A stretch of 60,142 bases of DNA, counting the filler, from Globobulimina sp. (lineage: Eukaryota): assembly GCA_003354225.1 (NCBI GenBank). It is 9 parts of 9 records of this genome, joined end to end, with 100 filler letters (N's around TTAATTAATTAA, not from the genome) between each part and the next. Parts side by side here need not be neighbours in the genome. Positions count along the whole stretch, not along the records: positions 33,509 to 40,096 come from PIVH01000270.1; positions 40,197 to 46,783 come from PIVH01000271.1; positions 46,884 to 53,464 come from PIVH01000272.1; 6 more parts are not named here. One strand, 5' to 3'. How positions within the stretch are numbered: the first letter of the stretch is position 1; each line of letters starts with the position of its first letter. Positions 37,408-48,942 of the stretch are shown in pieces. The notes under the pieces are model-generated. The model searched no databases, was not told the DNA's origin, and saw only the letters and a list, made by a program, of their open reading frames with translations. The position numbers were made by a program, and so were the translations under genes.

Positions 37408-38703
37408 ATGTTGCAAAACATATTAATAGCAATAGTAATAGTGTGCGAGTCTGAATTAGACGAAACTTGTGATTTAAATGAATGTAATAACATAGAAATA
37501 GAATATTTATCTTCAGATAGATTACCAATTGTTTTATTAGATTACAACGATTTAAAAAATGAAATTGATTTATCAAATTCTATAGAAACAGCATATGGTA
37601 CAACTGGTTTAGGCATATTATTTGTTAAAAACATACCAGAATTAACAATTAAAAGAAATAATTTATTGCATCTAAGCAGACAATTGGCCCATTTGGATGC
37701 AAACATTAAAGAATCATTGCAAGATCCAGAGTCATTGTATAGTATCGGATACAGCCATGGCAAGGAAATGCTATCCAAAAACAACCCAGATTTGCGTAAA
37801 ATGAGTTATTATGCGAATCCAATATCAAATGATGTAACAAATGGTAATGCTGAATTAATAAGAAAGTATCGATCAATGTATGGCCGAAATATATGGCCAA
37901 ATGAAGATTTGCCATTATTACAGAAACACTTTATGGATTTGGGACAATTGATACATTCTGTTGGTGACTTAATTGCTCATCAATTGGATAAATATGTAAT
38001 TAAACGACGAGATGGATATAAATGTGGTTTATTGAATGAAATTATTTCATCAAATGTACCCAAAGCAAGGTTATTGTATTATTTTTCTCATCGGGAAATG
38101 AAGGAATTTGATAACAACGTTAGCGATGATATCAATATACAAGAAAGTGAAGAAATGTGAGCAACAAATAGTTGGTGTGGATGGCATAATGATCATTCTG
38201 CGTTAACTGGATTGATTTTGGCAATGTACTTTGATGAAAATGGAAATATTATTCAAGACATTGCAAATTATAAAGATAGCAATGATGCACATATTCAAAA
38301 AGGTGGATTACATATTAAAACAAGGGAGAATATAATGTATAATATTGAATTAACAGAAGAAGAAAGTTCAAAGTATTTGGCCTTTCAAATTGGTGAAACA
38401 TCACAAATTATATCTGGTGGCTCATTAATCGCAACGCCTCATTCCGTGATGGCTTATAAAAATAAGAAAATTTATGATAATGTTTCTAGAGCATCGTTTG
38501 CTGTGTTTCTTCAACCACATTATAACGTATCTATGATTGCACCGTATCATAAAGGTGTTACGTTACAACAGATACAATTTGATAGATTTTTGCCAGCAAA
38601 TGTTCCATTATTATCGTCGCGATGGTTCAATGGTACAAATGATACTTTTGGTGATTTTACAAAAAGAACATTTCAGACATATTATGACATGAAAATGAAG
38701 TGA
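37408..38703 (+). CDS. 2-oxoglutarate/Fe(II)-dependent dioxygenase (isopenicillin-N-synthase-like fold) interrupted by one in-frame TGA
   Basis: GLGILFVKNIP, YSIGYSHGKE, NIWPNEDLP, ARLLYYF, then TGA 38158-38160, then in the same frame WCGWHNDHSALTGL (HxD), FQIGETSQIISGGSLIATPHSV (distal His) and SRASFAVFLQP. Confidence 0.8.
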
Positions 38704-39700
38704 TTTAACTGTATAACTCCGCTGGTAGTTCAGCACAACATACGTTGTTTAGAATAATGAGCTTATGCAAAATTAAAACTCAAAAACTGTGCGTTTGATA
38801 ATTATTCACTTCTGACTGGCTTGTTTCAGAGTGAGTCTAAAGATAATAAATTCAATATTGAACAAAAACGAGAGAAATTAGTGCAACAATTTGAGTGATA
38901 TCAAAAAAAGATCATGTGTTCCAAAAAGTAAATTTTTGTTTTTTATAAAATTACTCAGCAAATATTTATAAATTTTTTTTTGATTTCAAGCAAATTATCC
39001 TATGAATCTGCAACTGGTGACTGGAATAACTGGATATATGATAATGAAGGCGAATCTGAAACAGATATCAGTGATGGTGATGCTGGAATGGATGGTAGAA
39101 TAAAAAAAGAAATTGCGATCGAATGAGTTCCGACAATTCAAATTAGCCTTTATTTTATATAAAAATATATTGCTGTTAAGTGATTTATATTTTATAATTA
39201 ATTAAATAAGAATAAGAAATTTCTGCATTTTCTAATGTTAATGATGAGGTAAATAAAATAAATTCAATTTAAAGCTTCCTATTTAGTTAAAACGCAGTAA
39301 TGTGAAAGTACGGAATTTGAAAAGATACGGAATTTGAAAAGATATTATTAAGTTTAGTATTTATTTGTGTATTGTTATATTCTGTGATGATATAATTTCA
39401 GCGATCAATTTTGATTGAAATGAAACTGAAAAACGTGATTTTGCTCTGAAAATAAATATCTTTTGTATACAAACAGTATATATTTTGTGATGGAGTAACA
39501 ATTGTTTTATTTTGTATTGTATATATAGGTTTATATTGGCATTTAATGTATGCTGATTCCACTGAGATGAATGTGACTTGTTTACACTCTTTCAATTTCT
39601 ACAATTTCTACATTTTATTTAATATAAATAGAATTAAAAAAACTTTTTGCAAATATGTTAATAATTAATTACAAACAAATAAATTTTTTTTCTGTAAATT

Positions 39701-40096
39701 CTAAGAATTTATGCTTGACGATGTCATCTCTGTTGTTTTATAACGAGGTGTTACTGTACCATTTGATGTCACGTCTGAAATCTCATCAAATCCTTTTAAC
39801 TTTCTTTCCACTTTCAATGCATATTTTATTTGAATACAATTATGCGAACATGCACATAATCGAAAATACATTGATTCATTGAATTTGAAATTTAATAACA
39901 AAACCATACAATTCACAATGGCATCCAATGGAAACACAACCATACCAATTATATTTGTCAAAGTAACTGTAACAAATTCCTTATTATTCTCTCCTAAAAC
40001 ATCATAATGTTCATATACAAAATGTATTACACCCAAAAATAGAAAAGAGATAAATGTTAATTGGCTGACAAATATCGTCGATATGTTTAAAATTGA
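39701..40096 (-). CDS. C-terminal fragment of a multi-pass (probably 7TM receptor-like) membrane protein
   Basis: Frame open to the contig edge; two hydrophobic helices ending VVFPLDAIVNCMVLLLNFKFNESMYFRLC..H..C, then a polar tail. Confidence 0.55.
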   Translation of the reverse strand, partial: SILNISTIFVSQLTFISFLFLGVIHFVYEHYDVLGENNKEFVTVTLTNIIGMVVFPLDAIVNCMVLLLNFKFNESMYFRLCACSHNCIQIKYALKVERKLKGFDEISDVTSNGTVTPRYKTTEMTSSSINS

Positions 40097-40196
40097 NNNN
40101 NNNNNNNNNNNNNNNNNNNNNNNNNNNNNNNNNNNNNNNNTTAATTAATTAANNNNNNNNNNNNNNNNNNNNNNNNNNNNNNNNNNNNNNNNNNNN
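40097..40196. other. Artificial contig linker
   Basis: N44-TTAATTAATTAA-N44. Confidence 0.98.
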
Positions 40197-41291
40197 GTGA
40201 TAATAGGTATGATGGTGGTGGTGGTGGTATGGTACCGGTGGCATTGTTGGTGGTGGTGGAGGATGATAACATTGATCATAACCATATGGCGATGGCGATG
40301 GCGGGCCATGCATGTACGTGTAATGTCCGTTGTTGTTGCCATTATGTTTTAACTTTCGTGGTGTTTTTGTATTTGTATTATCACCAAATGGTGTAATTGC
40401 ATGCGGCATATCTGTTTTATGCTTATTTTTTTTATTTTTTGGTGATATATTACTTGTTTGTTTGTTATTTGCGCAATAATCGTCATCGTCGCTGCTGTCA
40501 TGAATATTGTTATGGTTTTGATTGATATTTATATTGTTGTTATAAGCGTGGTTGCGGTCGTTGTGACCTATGTTATTTTTGTTTAATTTTGCTTTGACGC
40601 CAGTCATGTTGCCGTCGTCACCGATAATATCAATGGAAACTGGTAATGGTGTTTTTAATATCTCTTTCATCATAAGTTTGGACGCAATTTTTATGGCATC
40701 TTTTTTTTTGGGGTGTTTTGATTTGGTTTGTAATATATTTGCATTTGTATTTGAGTTTTGTGTTTTGAATGGTGACGGTACAGCACATACACATACACAT
40801 TGCCATTCGTTATGGATGGAATCCTGTGAACAGTGATGTTTTATTTGCATCGAATCACCGCCGATCCATCGTACTAAAGTTTCTAATTCGCCGCGTGAGT
40901 TATTACGCGATAGATCCACTGTTTTTGATTTGTGCTCTTTCTTGTTTTTATTGCTGTTGTTATTGTTTACTTTTTCATCGTTGTTATGATTATGGTTTCC
41001 GTTGTTTCTTTGTTTACGGTTATAAGTTTTTTTATGATATTTTTTTTTATAATTGGTTTTATTGTTTGATTTGGCTTGAAATTGTATGGCTTGCGGGGGT
41101 AATGGTGGTGGTAAGGGCAATAACGATGTGATTGGCTGCGTTAATGGATAATGATAAATTGGTGGATACATTGGATATTGTAAAAATTGGTTATGATTAA
41201 ATACATCATTTCTTGTATTTGGACTTGTTATGTCTGTTGATGATTGGCCTTGGCCTGGGCCTTCTGGTGTTGTCACCTGATTACGTGACAT
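40197..41291 (-). CDS. Low-complexity protein with a double-stranded RNA-binding motif; 3' truncated
   Basis: NSRGELETLVRW..WQCVCVC..SKHPKKKDAIKIASKLMMKEI fits the dsRBD alpha-beta-beta-beta-alpha layout with KKxAxxxA; flanked by P/Y-, N- and H-rich tracts. Confidence 0.65.
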
Positions 41292-41353
41292 GATTCACTT
41301 TAAGTGAACCTTGTAGTTTTCAAAAATGCGCAGTTCGAAAAAATGTATACAAA

Positions 41354-42526
41354 TTAAATGATACCGTATTGGTACCAATTGTCTTGTTTTATCTTTCGAG
41401 TTTGAGTGTCGTGTATTGATAATATTTCAATACTTACATAGAGTCCCAATCTATTTATTTTTAACAATCTATGTTTAGGAATTACTCCCATATCTTTATA
41501 CGTTTTACAATCTAACCTTCTCCATCTCAAATTATTTCCGTGTCTAGTGGTAAAACTATGTGTTTTCTCAAATATCATCGCATTGGTTGTTAAGTCATCA
41601 CATCTTATCTCAATTGAACACTTTACATTTACTTTAGATACAGAATCAGGAAATAATAATAACTGCAAAAACAATGATAATATGCGAGTTTCCTCTCCCA
41701 ATATGCAAATAATTGCCCATTTATTATCACCATCAACCAAATACACACCAGATTTATCCAATGCTATATATCGCAATCTGTAATCCTTAATGTTTCGTTT
41801 CAATGTTTTTTTATCTCCGCCAACGTTTATTAGTTTTATATGACATCTTAACTGGAGTCCGTCACAGCGTTTATTATCAATGAAATCTTTGAATAACATA
41901 ATATCCCATTTAGTTGACGTTGAACGAGAAATATTTTCCTTGCTATTTCCTGTTTGATTACAATAAATATGATAATAATACGCAAACTCTTGGTATTGAT
42001 TTATTAATGTCATTGTTAAATATATTCTTTGCTTCATAGTCTCATAATATATATCAAACACCAATGTATTTCCGTGAATGTCATAGGTCTGAGTCATGAT
42101 CTTGGTCCATAATAAGGAGAAATCGAAGCACTGTCCGCGTTTTTTGAAAAAGAATACAATCCGTTTTAGTCAACAGAAACACAATAAAGTACAGTAATAT
42201 TATATACCGGGATTTCTTTACCAATGCACGGAGTGTATGCTTAAAAAAAACGGTACCTGGTTTTTCCATATGTTTTTATGTCCAAAATATAAATCCTGTT
42301 GGCTTTGCCAAACCAACTCCAATGTACTTTCCATTTGTCGCGTTTTTGAAATGATGGATTTTCGGGGAATAGTTATAAATATCACGTCATTATAAAACAA
42401 AAAAATAATGGCAATAACATCCACTGGTAATTGTGTATCGTGCACATATCTAGAAACGCCACAGACTAACATCAAATGATCGTTTTTTGATAATTGACTG
42501 AAAATCGAGTTGACATATTCTGACAT
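41354..42526 (-). CDS. Protein with N-terminal F-box-like motif and MATH/TRAF-like beta regions
   Basis: Intron 42256..42131 joins ORFs 42218-42526 and 41354-42097 in frame; LMLVCGVSRY..LPVDVIAIIFLFY; LSLFLQLLLFPDSVSKVNVKCSI..LYVSIEILSI. Confidence 0.5.
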
Positions 42527-42565
42527 GCTTAAAATATAGTTGACTGAAAATACAGTTTATTTAAC

Positions 42566-44244
42566 ATGTCGCATCAAGACAAGACAAAAAGTGTAATTGA
42601 TTACAGCAAATGGGATGATGTTGTAGTTGATGATGATTTCCATATTGATGTACAGACGGCATTCAACCCCACAAACATTCAGCAAGAACCTAAACACATA
42701 AACATTCCGCGATCACCACGACCATTACCTAGTGAAGCACCCGTATTAGCATCAGCTTTTTCAGCCAGTTTGCTTGAAGCGCCACCTTTCAATGCACCAA
42801 AGGGGGTACGTATAACAATTGATTTGTAAACAAATACAACATTTACACAGTACAGGCCGCCGCAGTCAGACACTATCAAGTCGGTTTTGGTCATAATATC
42901 ATAAATAAAAACAAAAACAAAAACAAAGCTAAACATCGTAAAGCAGCGTCCATGTCGGTATTTGACGAAATGCAACAATTTTTAGCCAATGAGGAGAGTC
43001 AAAATGTACTGACAAACCACAATGCAAATGACGGTAAACGAAAAGAGAAGAAATATGGTATCAAAATCGAGGATGATAACAGTGAATTATTGAAAGAATG
43101 TGGTGAATTGTTGCAATTTATGATGCAGGAAAATGAAAATGAAATGAATAACAACAACGGCACTGAAACAAGATTTGGTCCTAAACATAATCCATACGAA
43201 TACTACAGACAAAAGGCGATGAAAACCCACGATAACAGCGATGAGCTGAAGGACATTCCCAAAGTGGATGTTGTGGTGAAAATTGGCGGTGCTTTTATAA
43301 CAAATAAAAATAAAATACATACATTGCGACAGGATAATATTGACATTGCTGCTAAACATATTTGCGATGCATTTAACGCGAATTATAGGATGATATTAGT
43401 GCACGGCGCAGGAAGTTATGGCCATTTTGAAGCGAAGCAATACAAACTAATGAATGGTTTGTATGCGAATGAGGCCACAGCCAGACAGGGGATGGTGTTA
43501 TGTCGTGCTGCGGTCAGTGTGTTGCATCAGCATTTGTTGGCAAAGTTGATCGAGTATAGATTGCCAGTCATGTCAGTCTCGCCGTGTAATATAATCACAA
43601 GTAATGACGGTATTATATCACGCAAACAATTGCGCGGATTTATATGCCATATTCGGAGGATTATAAAGTATGGAATGGTGCCATTGATCCATGGCGACAT
43701 TATATTTGATGACCGTCGAGGATGTCACATATTATCTGGTGACAAAATTGTGGAGAATTTGTGCTCTGTGTTTCATCCGCAAAGAGCAGTGTTTTGGAGC
43801 AATATCAATGGAGTGTATGACTGCAGACATCGGGAACATAAATTAATACAATCAATCAATGTCAATCCGCAGGGGAAGGCGCAATTGGATGGGGATATTA
43901 TTAAACAGTTGAAACATCCAAATGAATTCTTTAAAAAACAAAAAGAAGAGTTACAGGACGAATATATGCAAGAATTGAGTAAGAAATTTGATGCTAAATT
44001 GAAGAATAAGGATAAGGAGAATGTGGATGTTGATGTTGATGTGGAGAATGCAGAGAAAGTGAAGGGGTTAGATATTGACGCAACGGGTGGTATGTGGGCT
44101 AAAATTGAAGTTGCCGCAAGATGCTGTGCTCAGGGCATTGATGTTGTAATCACGAAAGGTGGGAGTAACGATGCTAAATTGGCATTGCTAGGGAAATATG
44201 TTGAGAATGCCACTGTGTTTGTGCCCGTAGGGACTCTAATGTGA
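42566..44244 (+). CDS. ipk: Isopentenyl phosphate kinase-like protein (amino-acid kinase family) with long N-terminal extension
   Basis: Intron 42806..42855 joins ORFs 42566-42829 and 42952-44244. IPK motifs VVKIGGAFITNK, LVHGAGSYGHFEAKQY (His typical of IPK), VPLIHGD, ILSGD and DATGGMWAKI. Confidence 0.8.
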
Positions 44245-44661
44245 GTGGTAAGAGTGGTAAGTGCGAGGATATGTAAATATAATTTACATTTTGAGGACTT
44301 TGACTTTTAAAACTCTCAATGATAAATCGAATTGACTTTTTAGGCTTAAACTTCTAAACACTTCTTTTGTAATTGGCAAGGTTTTTGGGTTAGCTATAGT
44401 GGTTTTCAACTTTGAATACTAGGATTCGAAACCTAGGTCAACTTCATTAATTTCAGTTTCACTAAGTTTTAGTAAGCTGGTACATCACTGATCATTAGTA
44501 AAATCTAGACACCGCTTTCAGTGCTTGTAAAAAGGGACATTATTGTTTTGTGTTCAGTTGAGAGTTTTAAAATGAGAAAATGTGGATATTCTGAAAAAGA
44601 CGTCAACTTAAAACGGTTAAATTATTAAACAACCTCACACAAATTAAAATAATTTATTTAA

Positions 44662-46278
44662 TTAAGCTTGGTTTAAATTGCTATCTACCACTTGTGGTAC
44701 ATCACGGTTTACATTTAAATCATTTAACTCTGAGATCTTTGGCGATGTGGCGCTTGATTCTCTGTCAGAATTGTCTTTGCATTTTGCATACATCTTTAGA
44801 CACGCAACAAATACACCGACTAATAATGCTGCGACCAATACCACTGAACCTACGATAATAATTGTTGTGTAATCATTTTTGCGCTGTGTTCTCTTTCCAC
44901 CATTCTCATCTGCATCAGCATCAGCATCTGCATTAACATTAACATCACTTGTTTCAGCATCACTTGTTGGAATACCAGTTGTCGAGACGCCAGTTGTTGG
45001 AATACCAGTTGTTTGGATTGCAGTTGTTGGAATGTCAGTCGTCGGAATAATATCAGTTGTTGGAATGACAGTTGTTGGGATGAACGTTGTTGGAATACCA
45101 GGTGTTGGAGTGCCAATTATTGGAGCATCACTTGTTGGAATACCAGCACCATTTTGTATTTCTTGTGGTTGACTGTTAAATGCCATTATAACTTCATTTG
45201 CGAATTGGAATTTTGGTGATTGATTATTTTCTGTATAAAATTGCCAACTCATAAACCCAGTATTCCATACAGGAGAACTTACAGCCAATGCTTGACCAAA
45301 AATACTTTTCAATGTAGTCCCATCAACAAAATCATGCCCATCCGCAGTCGAGACAGGTTTGCCAACCACAATTTTATTTGAAGGTATTGATACGCCCTCT
45401 GCATTAATCATTTGGTAAATTGAAGAATTTGAACTCCAACCAACTGAGGCTACGAACATATTTTCAAACGTATTATACGTCGTTGTACCTTGATTGTAAA
45501 ACTGTACATTGTACCAATCAATTAAATGACCAACATTTGCATGTACAGTTAAATACGCACCATGCGGATACTGATTTGCACCAAAATACGGTGCTTGCGG
45601 AGCATGTGTGATATAATATCGTTTTTCATTTGGATTTAATGCATTTGATAAACTGAGAGTTGCTCCGCTTACCCATGCTTCTCCATCACCTCCGCCATTA
45701 AAATAAGGCCCTTCTTCCAAATCAAGATCGACCCCGTCATATACATGTGATATTGCATAATTTGCTACACTTATACCAAATGCAGCGGCATCAATCCCTT
45801 CGGACTGTGGATAAGCACCGTGACCACCAACTGACAAAAATATTTTAATGTTATTTGCAACATAAATTTCTTTTATTGCGGTTCTTAATTCAGCAGAACT
45901 TGGGTTTGTTTTGTTTGTTAATGTTTCACGTAAAGTGTTGTCTGTTATGTATGTTGATAAGTTTTCCCAACAACCTGCGGCAGTGTTTGCTAAACCAGCA
46001 TTGATATTTGATCGCCAGAATCCAAAATTTAAAATATTATAAGGATGGTCGCTGTATCCTGGTACACCACTGTAAATGTATTTTTTTTAATTATTTTTTA
46101 TTTGAGGGGTTGATAAAAAATGTTTTGTGAGATAAATACTTAACAGATTGCTTAATAATGCTTCATTATACGAATTACCCCAATACGGTCCAATTTGTAC
46201 AATGTACGATACGAAATGTGGATATGACATTGTTGTGGTTATTAATAACAATGATGCATACAATAAGGTTACTAACAT
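44662..46278 (-). CDS. Glycoside hydrolase family 18 chitinase with Thr/Pro stalk and C-terminal TM anchor
   Basis: Signal peptide; intron 46144..46070; LSVGG, YDGVDLDLEE (DxDxE), ITHAPQAPYF, NVQFYNQG, KIVVGKP, GFMSWQF; (IPTT)n stalk; TM IIIVGSVVLVAALLVGVFVAC. Confidence 0.9.
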
Positions 46279-46783
46279 GATGTTTGTTAACTTTGTTTAC
46301 AGTAAAATGTTAAACTGAACAATTATAGCTAAATGATAAAGTCTTGTTATTTTTTTTGATAAAAATGGAATTATGACAATGAAATTTTACAAAATGCAAT
46401 TATGAAACATACCAATTATGAAAATTCATCCAATGATTTTTAACCATTTTACAAAATGCAATACGTTGAACAGTTCAATGCATCACAAACATTAATATTA
46501 AATTCTTTGTATATTAAAAGCAATAATTCTCTCTTCCAAATGCACGCACTGCTCCGGTCACTATAAACGCCACAACATGTTATCACGTGTCTACATAATT
46601 CAAATGCCACAACAAATTGTATATATTGGAGATATGTTAATGAATTTGTGGAGGTTATGACTTGTGACTGACTTTGTAATGTTTTTGATGTTTATTCTTG
46701 TGCTTTAGTGAAAACCTAGAAACGTTATCTTAATCAAGTAATTCCACCAACAAGTAATCGACACCACCAGAGGAGTCTCCACA

Positions 46784-46883
46784 NNNNNNNNNNNNNNNNN
46801 NNNNNNNNNNNNNNNNNNNNNNNNNNNTTAATTAATTAANNNNNNNNNNNNNNNNNNNNNNNNNNNNNNNNNNNNNNNNNNNN
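46784..46883. other. Artificial contig linker
   Basis: N44-TTAATTAATTAA-N44. Confidence 0.98.
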
Positions 46884-48634
46884 CATAATAATCAAAACCG
46901 AGCAGCTCATCGCCATAATCCTCAAACCATTGATTAAATGCTTGATGCTGGCAATCGCCGCCTCCATCCTTGATATTGTCACAAAACTCGGCATAAAACT
47001 CATTCACATCATAGTTATCCTTTTGCTGTTTCGGTCCGGTTAACAACGCATAATTACAGCAACAAACAGCCCTCGGCATAGTATCCAAATTGTATCCTCC
47101 CTCCAGTACAAGGCCGACTTTGTCGCATTCATTCAATAACAATCTGGTCAACAACCCGTAGCATGGCGGGGTTATTCGCATCGCGCCCAATGGATCACCG
47201 ATACTCGCATCAAACCCCGCAGATATTAACACAATCTCTGCTCCAAACTCCTTGCAAATTGGCAATAAAACATGCTTCCAAATCAATAAATACTCCTTAT
47301 CGCCGTGTCCTTTTTTCGAGTCTACATTCAATGGAACATTGACATTGAATCCCTTGCCGCTTTCCGCTGCTTTGCCGGTGGAGGGATAAAAGAGTCCGTT
47401 GTCGTGCCGATGCACACTGAAATATAACACATTGCCATCATTGTAAAACATATTTTGAGTGCCATTCCCGTGATGAATGTCCCAATCCACAATCAACACT
47501 TTCTGACACAGCCCTTCATCGCGAATGCAATTCACTGCGATCGCCGCATTGTTGAATATGCAAAATCCCATCGCTGTCAATATATTATTATGCAATCTGC
47601 GAAAAGCAAAAGCAAAAGAAAAAGAAAAGAAACAAAAATAAGAAACCTTTGTGCTGTTCGCAGTGATGTCCCGGCGGCCGAACTAAGGCAAAACCACTGT
47701 CATATTTACGCTGCAATATTCCTTTCAAAACGTCGATGGTGGCACCCGCCGCTAATTTGGCTGCGTGGCACGAATATTCATTGTAAAATGTATCCGTATC
47801 ATACCAGCCGCGCTTACCTTCATTGCCCAGCACGACATTCACATAATTCATTGTATGCGTCGCTGTCAACTCTGCCTTGCTGGCCTCTCGCGGTCGGATT
47901 TCAATTAAATCTCTCAGCAAACCATAATCACACAACATTTTATAGGCTGTCGAGCATCGTTCTGGTCGTTCCACATGAGACCCTTTGCCCGCTTCATGTA
48001 ATAAGCAATCGGGATGGTAAAATAACGCCGTTTTTCGATATCCATTCCATTTCCACGTCGCTTCCAAAGTGAATTTAGATAATAAATCATCGATAATATC
48101 AATGGTTAAGTTCGAATGTGTGTCATTTGCTTCTTTTTTCTCCTCAAAGTCGAATTGATCACTTTTCTCCTCTTCGGACTCGACAATGGCTTCCATAGTG
48201 ACAGTGGTCGATGCATGATGTTTAAAACTCGTTTTTTGCAGTAAACCGGCTGGGATCGGTTGGTTAAACCGGAGGCTGTGTGCAATGGAGTAAAAATCCC
48301 ACACTTTTTCTACAGATAAGTGGTCGATGTAATTTTCGCATTTATAACACCAGAAAGATAAGTCGTTGATACCCATGGCCATGCAATGCGACATATTGGT
48401 GTAGATGTAATGGTAAATCATGTGCTGATTGGCATAGCGACCACAGAATGTCGCATGGCATTTTAAACATAACCAACATTCTCCTTTGTTACAATTGAAA
48501 AAGGAACACGTTGCTGGTAATTGGGTGAGGTTTGATGGGATATCGATTGCGTTGAATACGTGCGGACAGTGGCTTTTATGTGGTGCTAAACCACCTTTGT
48601 CTGAGGCTTCGTTGAGTTCATTCAACTGTGACAT
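46884..48634 (-). CDS. Class II histone deacetylase (HDAC6-like) with N-terminal ZnF-UBP; 3' truncated
   Basis: CPH..CWLCLKCHATFCGRYANQHM..DLSFWCYKCENYI (ZnF-UBP); HVERPER, RPPGHH|AMGFCIFNN across intron 47646..47574, DWDIHHGNGTQ, SAGFDA, LEGGY. Confidence 0.92.
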
Positions 48635-48942
48635 TGTCAAAGTACTAGTTTTTTTTTAGTAGTTTAATCAATCAACATCTTTACACAACAATACCCCCAA
48701 CATCCTCTCATCCCGATACGTGAGAGGCACTTACAAATTTACAATATACAATGAAACGTATGTGGTTTCCAAACCATTTCTATTTCGCAAACTTACAAAA
48801 TACAAATGCAAACAACATTATTCGATACTCGCTAATCATAGGATACGCATCATCACACAACGTATGAGCACATTCGTTTTACAAAATATCGCATGCATAC
48901 ACTAATTTGCCATACAAATTATACCACAAAAAAAAACAATAA
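48635..48942. promoter_or_regulatory. Probable bidirectional promoter between the HDAC and Argonaute-like genes
   Basis: 308-nt spacer between divergent start codons (48634 minus, 48943 plus); no specific motif identified. Confidence 0.4.

Noticed and set aside
24975-38160. Reassigned genetic code (TGA as sense) suggested by two in-frame TGAs
   Set aside because: TGA ends several intact genes here (37292-37294, 44242-44244, 52848-52850, 56978-56980) and Trp is encoded by TGG.
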